A stretch of DNA of 64,000 nt from Callorhinchus milii (lineage: Eukaryota). The stretch covers positions 116,934,001 through 116,998,000 of the forward strand of contig NW_024704742.1 of assembly GCF_018977255.1 (NCBI RefSeq). Reading direction: 5' to 3'. Both the position numbers and the translations under genes were made by a program. Of this stretch, positions 53,505 to 64,000 are shown in pieces; positions within the stretch are counted from its first letter, which is position 1; every line of letters begins with the position of its first letter. Below the pieces are notes generated by a model that saw nothing but the letters and a program-made list of their open reading frames with translations, searched no databases and was not told the DNA's origin.

Positions 53505-55416
53505 CTGGAAGTAAACTACTTTTTAAAAAAAAAGTCAGTTGGACAAAAAAAGTCTAACAAATGTAGAAACTCATCATCTTAAGAATATCCATATATATAT
53601 ATAATATATATATATGCTATTTACATAAAGAAATTTCCCCATCTGGAATGAAATGTGCACTCGCTCCCTGGAACTAAGGTTGGCAAGAGCCGAAGCTTGG
53701 TGACCCTCAGATGAAGTCTGATAACCTGAAACTGCAAAGCATGCCATTCTAGAGCAAGCTTTCTGCTGTTTGTCCAGTTAGGAATATGCAAGCTATCTGG
53801 TCAGCTTTCTGCTGCTTCTCCAGCTAGAGCCATTGTCATCCATTAAGGCTCTGGCTTGCAGGTTAGCAGGAGCTGAGTGGGAAGAATCCAGGATCCCAGT
53901 GACTGGTCTCCAATGAGCCAGGCTTGCTGGTCTCTCATCATCAATGCCCCAATTTATGCAGACGCACCTCGCTCAGGAACCAGATTACCCAGATTGTCAC
54001 GAAAAGATTAATTTGATTTCAACATTTGGTTGTCAAGCACCTTGGACAATTTTGCCTTCCTTCCCCGCAAAAAAGAGAATAATTGTAAGTAAATTAAGCA
54101 AGCTTGCAATTGATATAGCACCTTATATCATCAAAAGCACTTCCCAAGATTTACTTTAGAGAATACTGAATGTGTATTTTGTAGGTGAATGCCACAGCCA
54201 ATTTACACGCAGCAATGTCCCACAAACTGCGAGGAAGGAAATAACCAATTTCACCTGGGATATCATTGGCTGACATGCTGTCATTCTCTTTTTGAATAAT
54301 TCCGTGGGATCTTTAACATCTACCTAAATAGGCTGTCCAGTCTTGGCTTAACACTTCATCCAAAGGACAGCCCTAAAATAATTCTTACTTTTGATATAGC
54401 ACCTTTCATCTTGGGCGGACATTTCAAAGCACTTTGCAAAGAAATCTGTAATGTGCAATACTTATTTTGGCAGCCAATTTGCACAAATCAATGTTCTACA
54501 AACAGGCATGAAGTGAATGACCAAAACTTCTAACAATGTATTGCTCCCGCTGCACTGCCTCGAACAGACAATAAGTTGAAAGTTCTAATGCAAATTTTAA
54601 ACCCAAATTTGCCTCCCAAAAATTGGCAATCGTGATTGTATGTACATGTGAACCTCTTTGTGTGAGGATTTCCAAAATCAGGCAGACGAGTTTCAAGATT
54701 CCAAAATTCTGATTTCCAACAAATTTACATGCGTGTGGTGGTTAAATATCGTTTCCCCCCCAACCCCCATTTCCTCTATATTTACAATTTCAAAACTTTA
54801 TGTGTGAGTTTTGAAATTGTAAATATAGATTGTGAATAAAAAAAACACAAATTTAAAGGTTGGCATGGCTTAGTAATGTATCTTGGGGTACTGATAAAGT
54901 TCAACTAGCAGAAATGGACTAGCTTGCCATTGAGAGCATTGTCTGGCAAGCTTCTCATTGCTCATCTAGCTAGCACCACCCTACACGTTAGAGATTTGGG
55001 TTTAGCAGGAGCTCACAAGTTGAAAGGATCTCTTCCTCCAGTGACTGGACTGCCTCTCCAAATCCTACAGTGAGCCAGGCTGACTGGTCTGTTACAAGCA
55101 ATTCCTTGGACTGCTGCAGAGGCAGTTGGTTTAGGAAGTGGACTACGAAAACAGTTCATATTCATCGATTCTGATATTCCATTGCCAAGCAAGTCAACTT
55201 GGAACCAGCTCAGTGCAAAGGAGACCCTGTTTTCCACTCTCTTCATTCCCCTCTCCCCACCAAGGTAGTTTTTTTTTGAAAAAAAGACATCGCTCAATGA
55301 GTTATTAGAATGTGGAGTTATTTAACACTGGCAGGCCATTTTGTCTTCATTTTACTTATTTCAGATTAATTAATGTAAATAGCTGGACCAATTTTTAGAA
55401 GGATGCATGTCTTCAC

Positions 55417-55564
55417 CTGTAAAAAATGAGCAATGGACATCTTCCATTTCACCTGAATGCCTGCTATCTGTTGGAAATCCAGATACAACATGTGAATGTC
55501 TGAAGATATGTGAATCCCACTTTGGAGTTACAACTGCATAACGTAGAAGTTCTTCATATTCATC
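55417..55564 (-). CDS. POC5: POC5 exon 3 DEYEELLRYAVVTPKWDSHIFRHSH...VHCSFFT
   Basis: ccataag|GAT...G|gtgaag; 148 nt, phase 0-1; EYEELL.YA.VTP motif. Confidence 0.93.
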
Positions 55565-57575
55565 CTTATGGATAAGAAAATAAAGTTTTAAAAATCTCAA
55601 AAAAAATTTAAACTATTTTGCATTTCATTATTTCTAAATATGATGCATCAAGCTAACATTTCTAAATACAGCAAAACAATTCCAACTATAGTTGTACAAT
55701 GCTCCAGAACACTGCAACCTTTGCTAAGATCATTTTTTAAGGCAATGTTTAAGGGAAACAAGGGAAATCTCTTGAAGGTTTGACACCAAAGCAATCTTTC
55801 CATAATAAACTGAAGATTATTTCAGGCAGCTCATTTTCTAGGACACAGACGCCCAACCTGAGGTATATTTCTCAGGAAATGTTAAATTAAGTTGCATGCT
55901 AAATGGATGATGGGAGTATAAAACTATGTGACCTGCAACTATGGGCTTGTAACAATTGCTCCTGAGATATTGAACTCTTAGAATTTTACCTAACATCTAT
56001 CTACTGCACAAATTCAGTAAAGCCTGAGCAGGTCAATTACTAAAATAGCCTTTTTTGTAATGTTATGGATAAAATTGGAACTATAATATGAATAATCAAT
56101 GCTGTCAAAAACAGACATGATGTTTATACAAATGTACATTATTTTTATTTATATAGGCATTCAAAACAAGTAATGATTGTTGCTGGTTTTACACTAAGTC
56201 GTTTCCTGCAGAATCTTCAATTGAAATTGAGTTAACAATGATACAATTGAGCTAGATAAGTAAAGCATCAGTTACTAGGCTTGGCTTGTGCATTTATCAT
56301 AGTATTGTTGCTCTTGACTTCAAGGTAATGTTTCTATCTGAATGTTTCAGGAAGTCGCTACAAGCAATCAGACCATCGCTGAACCATGCCCAACAATGGG
56401 AATGTGTTTGACAAGTTTATAGCTTAGTAGAACTGAAGGGTTGAAGTTCAGAAAATTGGCAATGGGCTCTGTGTTCTGGCAGTCCCGCTATTTGAGTTCT
56501 GATTGCTTAGGAATTTACTAAGCGCTCTGAGATACTACCCTGCATGAAGAGCGCTATATAAGCGCAAGTTGTTGTTGTGTCTGAAGTCACATCTACTCTT
56601 ATCTCCGATAGGAAATAAAGTTACACGTCTTGTAACAAGAGTACAGCAAGATTAGTTGGTAAGAGATTGTTTTCACAAGTATATATTAGCATTTTAGAAT
56701 TAAACATTTATGTTTTGAGTTGAAGGGAAGTATTTAGAATCAGCATGAATGGTTTTGTTAGCAGTTAGCAGTATTTGAAAACTGGAAATACTGTACTGAC
56801 AAACTGAGATCCACTGCTAAGCAAATAACAGAAACTATAAAAGATTGAATCCAATTGATTTTCAGGAAGATTGAACAGAAAACAAATCAAAGTCCTCTCT
56901 CTGTACTAGGTTGTAGCAAAGTTCATAAAATATGTGTAATGGTAATCCTAAATGGATGGCATTGGTTATGACCCAACTGTGCAGCGCCTTGGGACGTCCT
57001 CCTGACGTGAAAGGCGCTTTATAAATGGAATCTTGTTGTTGTTGTTGTTTTGTAAAGTTCATTGCACCAATAATCACAAATAAGGAGGATCAAAAGCTGT
57101 CTCCTAGAACAGTGATGGCAACTTGTGGCCCACGTGCCCAATGCAGGCCACATTAAGCATGCATAAAAGTCAATATAAGGACTTCTTCAATAACCAAAAA
57201 ATATTTCATTAAGGAAGGAAATGAGCTACCAATGTATAAATGGAAAGGATCTTCAGGGAGCATTAACTGTATTAGCAGGTCAATTTCAGAACAGACTAAA
57301 CTCCAATGCCTGATAAGTGCCTACACTTTGCAAATTATTTACTACAACTGGGTGAAGGAGTTTGGTTTACTCTAAGCGACCACACTGTTATAAATCACTT
57401 TCAAGTCTTGGACTTTTAGAGAAGCACAATTAAGGTTTCATGCCCAATTTTTCCATTGGCTGGCAATCTCAACAGGTTAAAGCTGAGAGCCAGAAAGATG
57501 TTTCCAGGATAAGAGATCTTTCCTGCTCGATAGGGGAAAGAAGACAAGTTGGCATTACCCCCAATTAAATAATTT

Positions 57576-57768
57576 GTGGAGTCCTGTAGCTCAGTGGTTA
57601 GAGCACTCGCTTTGCAAGCGAGAGACCTGAGTTCAATTCCAGGCAGGGCGAAACCTTGGGCAAGTTTCCTTACTCCACACGCCTAATAATAATCCCTCCA
57701 AAAAACAAAAACAATAATAAATTGGTCATTTTCAATCTACGACTGTTTGTGGGACATTGCTGTGCGCA
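57576..57768 (+). mobile_element. Young SINE, 3'-truncated within the Deu core
   Basis: Near-consensus head; similarity stops abruptly after GCTGTGCGCA. Confidence 0.9.
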
Positions 57769-58528
57769 GAACTTCATACACAACCCAACCTGAAGCTTGT
57801 AATTAGTCTTTAAAATATCACTAAATGTTCTGACTTAAGCATCACCTGGAAGAACAGAGAGGGAAAATAAGCTAAAATGTTCTACATGCAACCCACTCCT
57901 ATCACAGGAAGTTGGGTATAGAGAGTAATGATGAGAAAGGGATCAGCACTTTCAAAAACAAGTGCTACCATAAAGGCACCATAGACAGTTCAAGACACAT
58001 ATAATTTTATTTTTGAACAGCTCAGCATGAAGCTGGAGGTGTTGAGAATAGTCAAGGTGACCAGATATTTTATGACTTAATCACCTGCTACCAATATTCA
58101 AACATCCTCATTCGTTAAAAAGAAAATTATTCTAGTACCCAAGTTTTGCCAGTGGGTGACACTGTTCAAAACAGTAAGATGTAGTATAGTGCCACCTAAT
58201 GTCTAAAAAGAGGTCTATGTCAGAAGACTGACACACACTGAACTTCAAGACCAATACATCTGGTTCATAATTACCTCAAATGTTACTAGATGTTAACCCA
58301 TTACAGATTAAGTTACTATGTACCATTGCCCACATCTTTGGTTGGAACGCTCTTCCCTCCCCACCGTAGATATCTTACAGAAAGCGTTTTAAAAAAAGTA
58401 AGATCACATTTTGCTCCAATTGCTCTAATTAGAAGGAAGCTTCATACAGGCAAGTTGGAGGTGAACTTTATTACTATTGCAGATAAGAAACAGGAGCATT
58501 TCAGCTACTAATGGAGTCCTAGATACTA

Positions 58529-58836
58529 GTGGAGTCCTGTAACTCAGTAGTTAGAGCGCTTGTCTTGCAAGCGAGAGACCTGTGTTTGATTCCAGCTGGG
58601 CAAAATCTTGGGCAAGTTTTCTTACTTCACACACCTGATAATAATCCCTCAAGAGAGAGAAAAAAAAATTGGTCACTTCAATCCACAACTGTTTGTGGGA
58701 CACTGCTGTATTCAATTGGCTGCCGCGTTTCACCCACAAATATACAGTCAATTCACTTTACAGAATAGTCTGTGAAGCACGTTGAGACATCTAGAAGACA
58801 TAAAAAGCGCTATATCAAATGCAAGGATAATTATTA
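58529..58836 (+). mobile_element. Full-length SINE, more diverged
   Basis: Head, Deu core and tail all recognisable. Confidence 0.88.
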
Positions 58837-59496
58837 TTTTATATTATATAATGTTTGGAAAGGGCTTTTTAATATGGTTCTCCACTAGAAAAGCAACAGA
58901 AAATAAAAGCAACAACTATTCAATAGGAAAAAATCCTGATATTTTGATCTTTAAGGCTTCAGGCAAAAGGAATGACTACAATAAATAATAATCTTTGCAT
59001 TTGATATGGAGTCTATAATGTTAAGAACATCTCAAAGCTCTTTCAAATTTTATTTAAGTATAGTCACCATTTAATCGAAGGCAAACAGCAGCCAATTTAT
59101 GCATTTCATAGGCTCACAAACTGCTATGATGTAAATGACCAATTTTATTTGGAGGATGGTTAGCCAGGATACTCGACTTTTCAGAAGTTAGTTTGTGGCC
59201 AATAAACACCACTGCGAGGAAGAATATTTTTGTGGTCAGTTGAAAAAGAGAGAAATATTGGGTCTAGCTAATTTTAATGAGTTTTTTGTTAACAAGCAAG
59301 TAAAATCCTTAAATGTAATAATTTGCATTTATATAGTGCCACTCATATAGAACTTTTCAAAACACTTTAAGACAACGTGGGACACTGAACTGAAAACGAG
59401 CGACTTCTGATAATGACTGAGGGAGTCAGGTTTAAATGGGCTTTGAAAATGGAGAGGAAGGATGCAAGGTAAGGGACTTGGAGAAAAAGGTTCCTG

Positions 59497-60057
59497 ACAA
59501 CAACAACAATAAAATTACATTTGTATAGCGCCTTTAAAGTTGGGAGGATGTCCAAAAGCACTGGACGATCAGTGTTTCGGACCAGAACTGGGGGTCGGGA
59601 TAGGGGAGGGTGGAGGGCGGGTGGGGAAGGAGGGTGACTGAAGGCACAGTCGAAGAGGATGGTCTTGAGACGGGTCTTGAAGCAGGCAAGGGAGGGGGCA
59701 AGGCAGAGGCAATGCGGGATGGAATTCCAGAGGGTGGGGCAGAGTGGCTGAAGGCTTGCCCGCCAATGGTGAGGCGGGCGACGTGAAGCAGGCTGGAGCC
59801 CACTGAGTGGAAGGAGCGGTTGGGTTGGTAGGTGGTTAGGAGGTCACAGACGTAGGGGGTAGCAAGGCCATGGAGGTCTTTGAAAGTGATGACCAGGATC
59901 TTGAATTGTATCCTCTGTGTGATGGGAATCCAGTAGAGTCGGGCGAGGACGGGGGTGGTAGGGTCACAGAGCCTGGTGTGGGAGAGGACATGGGCTGCAG
60001 AGTTCCGGATAATCTGCAACCTATGGTGGGAGGGGTTGGGGAGGCCGACAAGCAAGG
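59497..60057 (-). mobile_element. L2 LINE 3' fragment
   Basis: RLQIIRNSAAHVL...LYWIPITQRIQFKIL; (TTG)n tail. Confidence 0.9.
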
Positions 60058-60323
60058 AGTTCTACAGAAGAGTCTCTCCTTTCCCCAAAGGAGAGCAAAC
60101 AGCTAACATTATTGCTTGGAAATGCTGAATAGAGTAATTTAATTTCTATGGATTTGGGCCTCTGACCCAATTTACTTTTTCCATACATTAAGAATCTAAG
60201 ATTCTAGGGGACATGAATCTCTGATGAGTATCTTTATTTAACAATAAATAACTACATCTAAACAACAAAGCTCAAGTACCTACATTTGAAATCAAGCTTC
60301 ATTATAAATATCTTCCTCCCTAC

Positions 60324-60407
60324 CTGCAGATCAGAAGAAACTGAACTACCTCGATCTGAATCTTTAGGCAATATTGGGGTGCCCACCCCCTCTTCATCGG
60401 AGGACAT
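60324..60407 (-). CDS. POC5: POC5 first coding exon MSSDEEGVGTPILPKDSDRGSSVSSDLQ
   Basis: gtgcag|ATG...CAG|gtagg; 84 nt; MSSDEE and RGSSVSS.LQ motifs. Confidence 0.95.
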
Positions 60408-60849
60408 CTGCACAGAAATAGGACAAAAATAAATCAATTGACTGAATTATTGACCTGGTACAGGAAAAAGAAATGTAATAGAATTATAATAACCTTTGCT
60501 CATTATTCTTGGAAGCTTTCCTTCATGCTAACCTCATTTTGACTTCCACTATAAGCCATTGATTTTACATGATTTTAAAATCCATGGTACACACATGCAA
60601 ACAAAAGATTGCAAATCCGTTATTTTATGAAAGGATTCAAAATGAGCTTTTTAAGATGCTCTTTGCAATTTGGAATTTACAGACCACAATAATCAATAGC
60701 TTTTTTTGAAATTTTTTAAGAAAAACATCCCTTTTTAAAAAAACCTCCTTTTATTGTAAGAGAAACATCTTTTTACAAAGTGTTTCAATGGGATTATGGT
60801 CAGAACATAATTACTGAAATGTGCCGAGACCCTTATTCCACGCTATTTA

Positions 60850-62210
60850 TCATGTCCAGGCTTGACTATGCTAACTCCCTGCTTGTCAGACTTCCCAACT
60901 CTTCCCTCCACAAGATGCAGATATTCAGAAATCTGCAACTCGAGTCCTTTCCCACATCAGACTCTGCAATGCTTCCATCCTCGCCCAGCTCCACTGGTCA
61001 CTCATTCACCCAGATGTTAGAGATCAAGATCCTCATCCTCACTTTAAAGCCCTCCAAAGTCTTGCCCAATCCTACCTTTGTGACCTGCTAAAACCATAAA
61101 ACCTGTCTTCTTCCTCCACTCAGCAGAGAATTGCTGTGCACAATTGGCTAGATATACAATTCAAAGATTAGTTTATTGTATCCTCCACCCCCACAACAAT
61201 TTGCATTTATGCAGCATTCATAAAGTCCAGGCTTGACTATACAATCTCTCTGCTTGTCGGCCTCCCCGACTCCTCTCTCCATAGGCTGCAGATCATCCAG
61301 AACTCTGCGGGTCTTCTGCCACTCTACCCCCACCCTCTGGAACTCCATCCAGCAGTCCCTCCGCCTCGCCCCCTTCAAGATCCGTCTTAAGACCCACCCT
61401 TCGACCATGCCTTCGGTCACCCTGCTTCCCCCACTGCTCTCCAATCTTCCCGATCCCAACCCCCAGCTCAGGTCTGAAGCACTGATTGTCCACTGATTAC
61501 ATATACCAATGTATTTTTGTTGTTGTTGTACCCTTCATGTTCTCGGTCACTCTTCTCCACAGCTCCTTCTCCTCTACTCTTGATTCCCTCGCTCCCTTCT
61601 CTTCCCGAACCGTCTCCTACTCATGCACATCACCTTGGTACACCAGTCACCTCCACTCCCTTAAAGCTCAGGTGCGTTCCGCTGAGCACACCTGGCTTAA
61701 ATCAAACCTTACTGTCAATCGGCAGATTTGGCTGGGCCATGTCAAATTCTACTGCTCTGTCCACGCCTCCACTAAATCTTCATTCTACTCCAAGACAATC
61801 TTGGAGGCCAAGGACAACCCCGGGCTCCTCTTCTCCATCACGAACTGACGCCTCCGCCCACCCGCTCACTCTTCACCCATCCTCACCTCAAATGCCAAAT
61901 GCGAGGCTATGCTGGAATTCCTCGAATCTAAAGTCGAGGGAATCCACTCAGCTGCCTCTGTCACTACATCTGCTAAACCCCTCCCCATCTCCTCCTCCCA
62001 CCCCGGCCCCTACCCATCCCTCCCTCCACACCGTTGAAACTGTCTCCCACTCCTCTCTCATCATCACCATAACCCGTACGAAACCCACCATCTGCTCCCT
62101 TGACCCCATCCCTACCCCTCTCCTTAACCTCCCAGCTCCACCTCCTTGCCCCTCTACTCACTGACATTGTAAACCTCTCCCTGTCCTCTGGTACTGTTCC
62201 CACCCCTCCT
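60850..62210 (+). mobile_element. Cluster of L2 fragments (3' pieces and an ORF2 mid-region piece)
   Basis: SRLDYANSLL; PWYT..L..LK...R.AE..W; CSLDPIPT motifs. Confidence 0.82.
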
Positions 62211-63823
62211 TTAACTTGACTTTATGGATAATGATGCCTTAAGAGGAAGGAGCTTACAACTACAATGTAATTCTTTAAGCATTTTAAAACTTTGAAGTCA
62301 ATTACTAGATTTTTTTTTAAATTCACAGGATATACTGTAAAAACTAGTGGGTATTTTGCTAGTTGGCCTTTAAGGTTCATAGAAGACATCGAAACTGATG
62401 GATTGAAAATTATAATCCAATTACTATTAGTTTATTGTATGATAATCTAGTTGATTATAGCTAAACATAATATATAGTATACATAATGCTAAAACCTTCT
62501 TCTCCTCTATTGAAATCCTAGTGGGAAAAACTATATCAATATTGATCCACATAGCCCAAGTTAATCTCAGAATCAATTCCTGGTTATTATGCCGTCATTT
62601 TATTCCAACTCAGGCAGCCTAAGGATCTAGCGAATAACTAATATCATTGGTAATAATGTTAGCTATTTTTGTAGCCTGATAAGTCCTTTTAAGTTTGTAT
62701 TTATCCTATGAATGATGAACTTATGAGGCAGCTCAAATCACAGTATACCTAAACAACCATTTGCATGCAGGATAGCATTTGAACCCTTCACAAACATCAG
62801 TTGGACACCCAGAAAAGACCATAAGAACAGTCCAAGAGATAGTGTTTGGGTGGGATTTTAAGGCAGACACGAGAAGAGGCAAGATGGAAGAATAGAGGGA
62901 GTTTGAGAGGTTTAGGGGATAGTTGCTGAAGACCTGGGTCACTCTGGTCATCCGAGATTAACAACAGCAACAAGATTACATATGTATAGCGCCTTTCACG
63001 TTGGGAGGACGTCCTAAGGCGCTGGACAAAGTCAGCATTTTAGACCCGAGCTGGGGTTGGGAGGGAGGGGAGGGGAAGCGGGGTGGCAGATGGCATGGTC
63101 GAAGAGGAGTGTCTTGAGGCTTTGATAACCGATAATTGAGTTGATAACCAACCTCATTTGAACAAATAAACACCTGACGCAGTCACTTCATGATAACTGG
63201 GAAAGTATATTGATACAGCAGCAACCAGACTGAGGAGATGACACAAACTACGAGTAAACACAAAGTAGCCCACGAGATGACATCTGACACCAGAGAGGAG
63301 ATAACAGCCAGGAAACCACTCTGGCTGAGTAACACTATGTGGCAATAACAATAATAATCCTTGCATTTGATGTACCACCTTTGCATGTCATTGAGGCGTC
63401 TCAAAGCGCTTCATGAAATAATAATAATAATCCTTGCATTTGATACAGCACCTTATTACGACTTCACGACGTCTCAAAGCGCTTCACAGAATATACTGTA
63501 AAGTGAATTGATTGTATATTTTGTGGGCACAACAAAAATACTGTATTTTCTATTATATGTTGAAAAAACAGCTTCACGGGACGATTGGCAACATGACTAA
63601 GCGGGTTTGCTCCTGAATTACACACAGATGGCAGTTACTGGGCAGGTCACACAGTCTCCCCCTCAGCCCCATGGTGCAGACTTGCGTTTTTTTAAAAAAA
63701 GTGATAGTAAGAAAGACTCTGGGAGCAGCAGAGCTCACCGGCATGTGCTCGACGCACCAAGCTTCCGCCATCCCCAGGTCCTCACTGCTTTATCACCTCA
63801 AACGCCAGCGGCCCTTCCCTCAC

Positions 63824-63900
63824 CGTCTTCAAACACGGACTGAGCCGTGTAACCGCCGTTTCCTCCCGGTCTCCAGCCACCAACCGACTGACAGTTTCAA
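63824..63900 (-). other. POC5: Putative non-coding exon 1 of POC5 (TSS approximate)
   Basis: Consensus donor ACG|gtgagg at 63824/63823 inside the CpG-rich window end. Confidence 0.6.
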
Positions 63901-64000
63901 ACGGGTCACTTCCCAAAAACGGCCGCTCCTATTGGAGGGACGTGGCTCGATGGCTGCCGCCGATTGGACCGTTTGGTGTTCACGGCGTTGCTGAATTCTG
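63828..64000 (-). promoter_or_regulatory. CpG-rich POC5 promoter with CHR (TTTGAA), ETS-like GGAAGTG and two CCAAT boxes
   Basis: Minus strand: TTTGAA at 63896-63901 and 63828-63833; GGAAGTG at about 63907-63913; CCAAT at 63931-63935 and 63963-63967. Confidence 0.7.

Larger units (their letters stand above)
25452..60407 (-). other. POC5: POC5 centriolar protein gene, coding span (about 583-585 aa once the exon-5 frame issue is resolved)
   Basis: N-terminal MSSDEE, central CQARAEEVC and [18 protein letters not shown]-terminal SIKVVD all match recalled vertebrate POC5. Confidence 0.95.

Noticed and set aside
57110..57560. Possible hAT termini CAGTGATGGCAACTTG / CAAGTTGGCATTACCC
   Set aside because: TIR match is weak at the ends and there is no 8-bp TSD
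61486..62203. Overlapping 120-aa and 215-aa ORFs
   Set aside because: Decayed L2 ORF2 sequence and its alternative frames

Overview
Vertebrate genomic DNA, most likely a cartilaginous fish (inferred from a dense tRNA-headed Deu-domain SINE with an L2-type tail plus L2/CR1 debris, resembling the elephant-shark/chimaera repeat landscape). Two convergent spliced genes are present. On the + strand is the 3' half of an ankyrin-repeat/death-domain gene (ANKDD1B; 7 coding exons, 2098-20902, ending in a CaaX motif). On the - strand is an essentially complete centriolar gene POC5 (12 coding exons, 60407-25452, with a non-coding exon 1 and a CHR/CCAAT cell-cycle-type promoter at the window end). Introns are full of SINE, L2, CR1 and DNA-transposon relics. 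I found no convincing new biological system. The best leads are an apparent 1-nt frame problem in POC5 exon 5, a probable extra POC5 exon, inverted SINEs tightly bracketing two in-frame ankyrin exons (circRNA candidate), a palindromic insertion with a 16-bp TSD, SINE/L2 tail-loop swapping and a truncated U2 snRNA copy. Gene identities come from recalled orthologue sequence and synteny, not from a database search.
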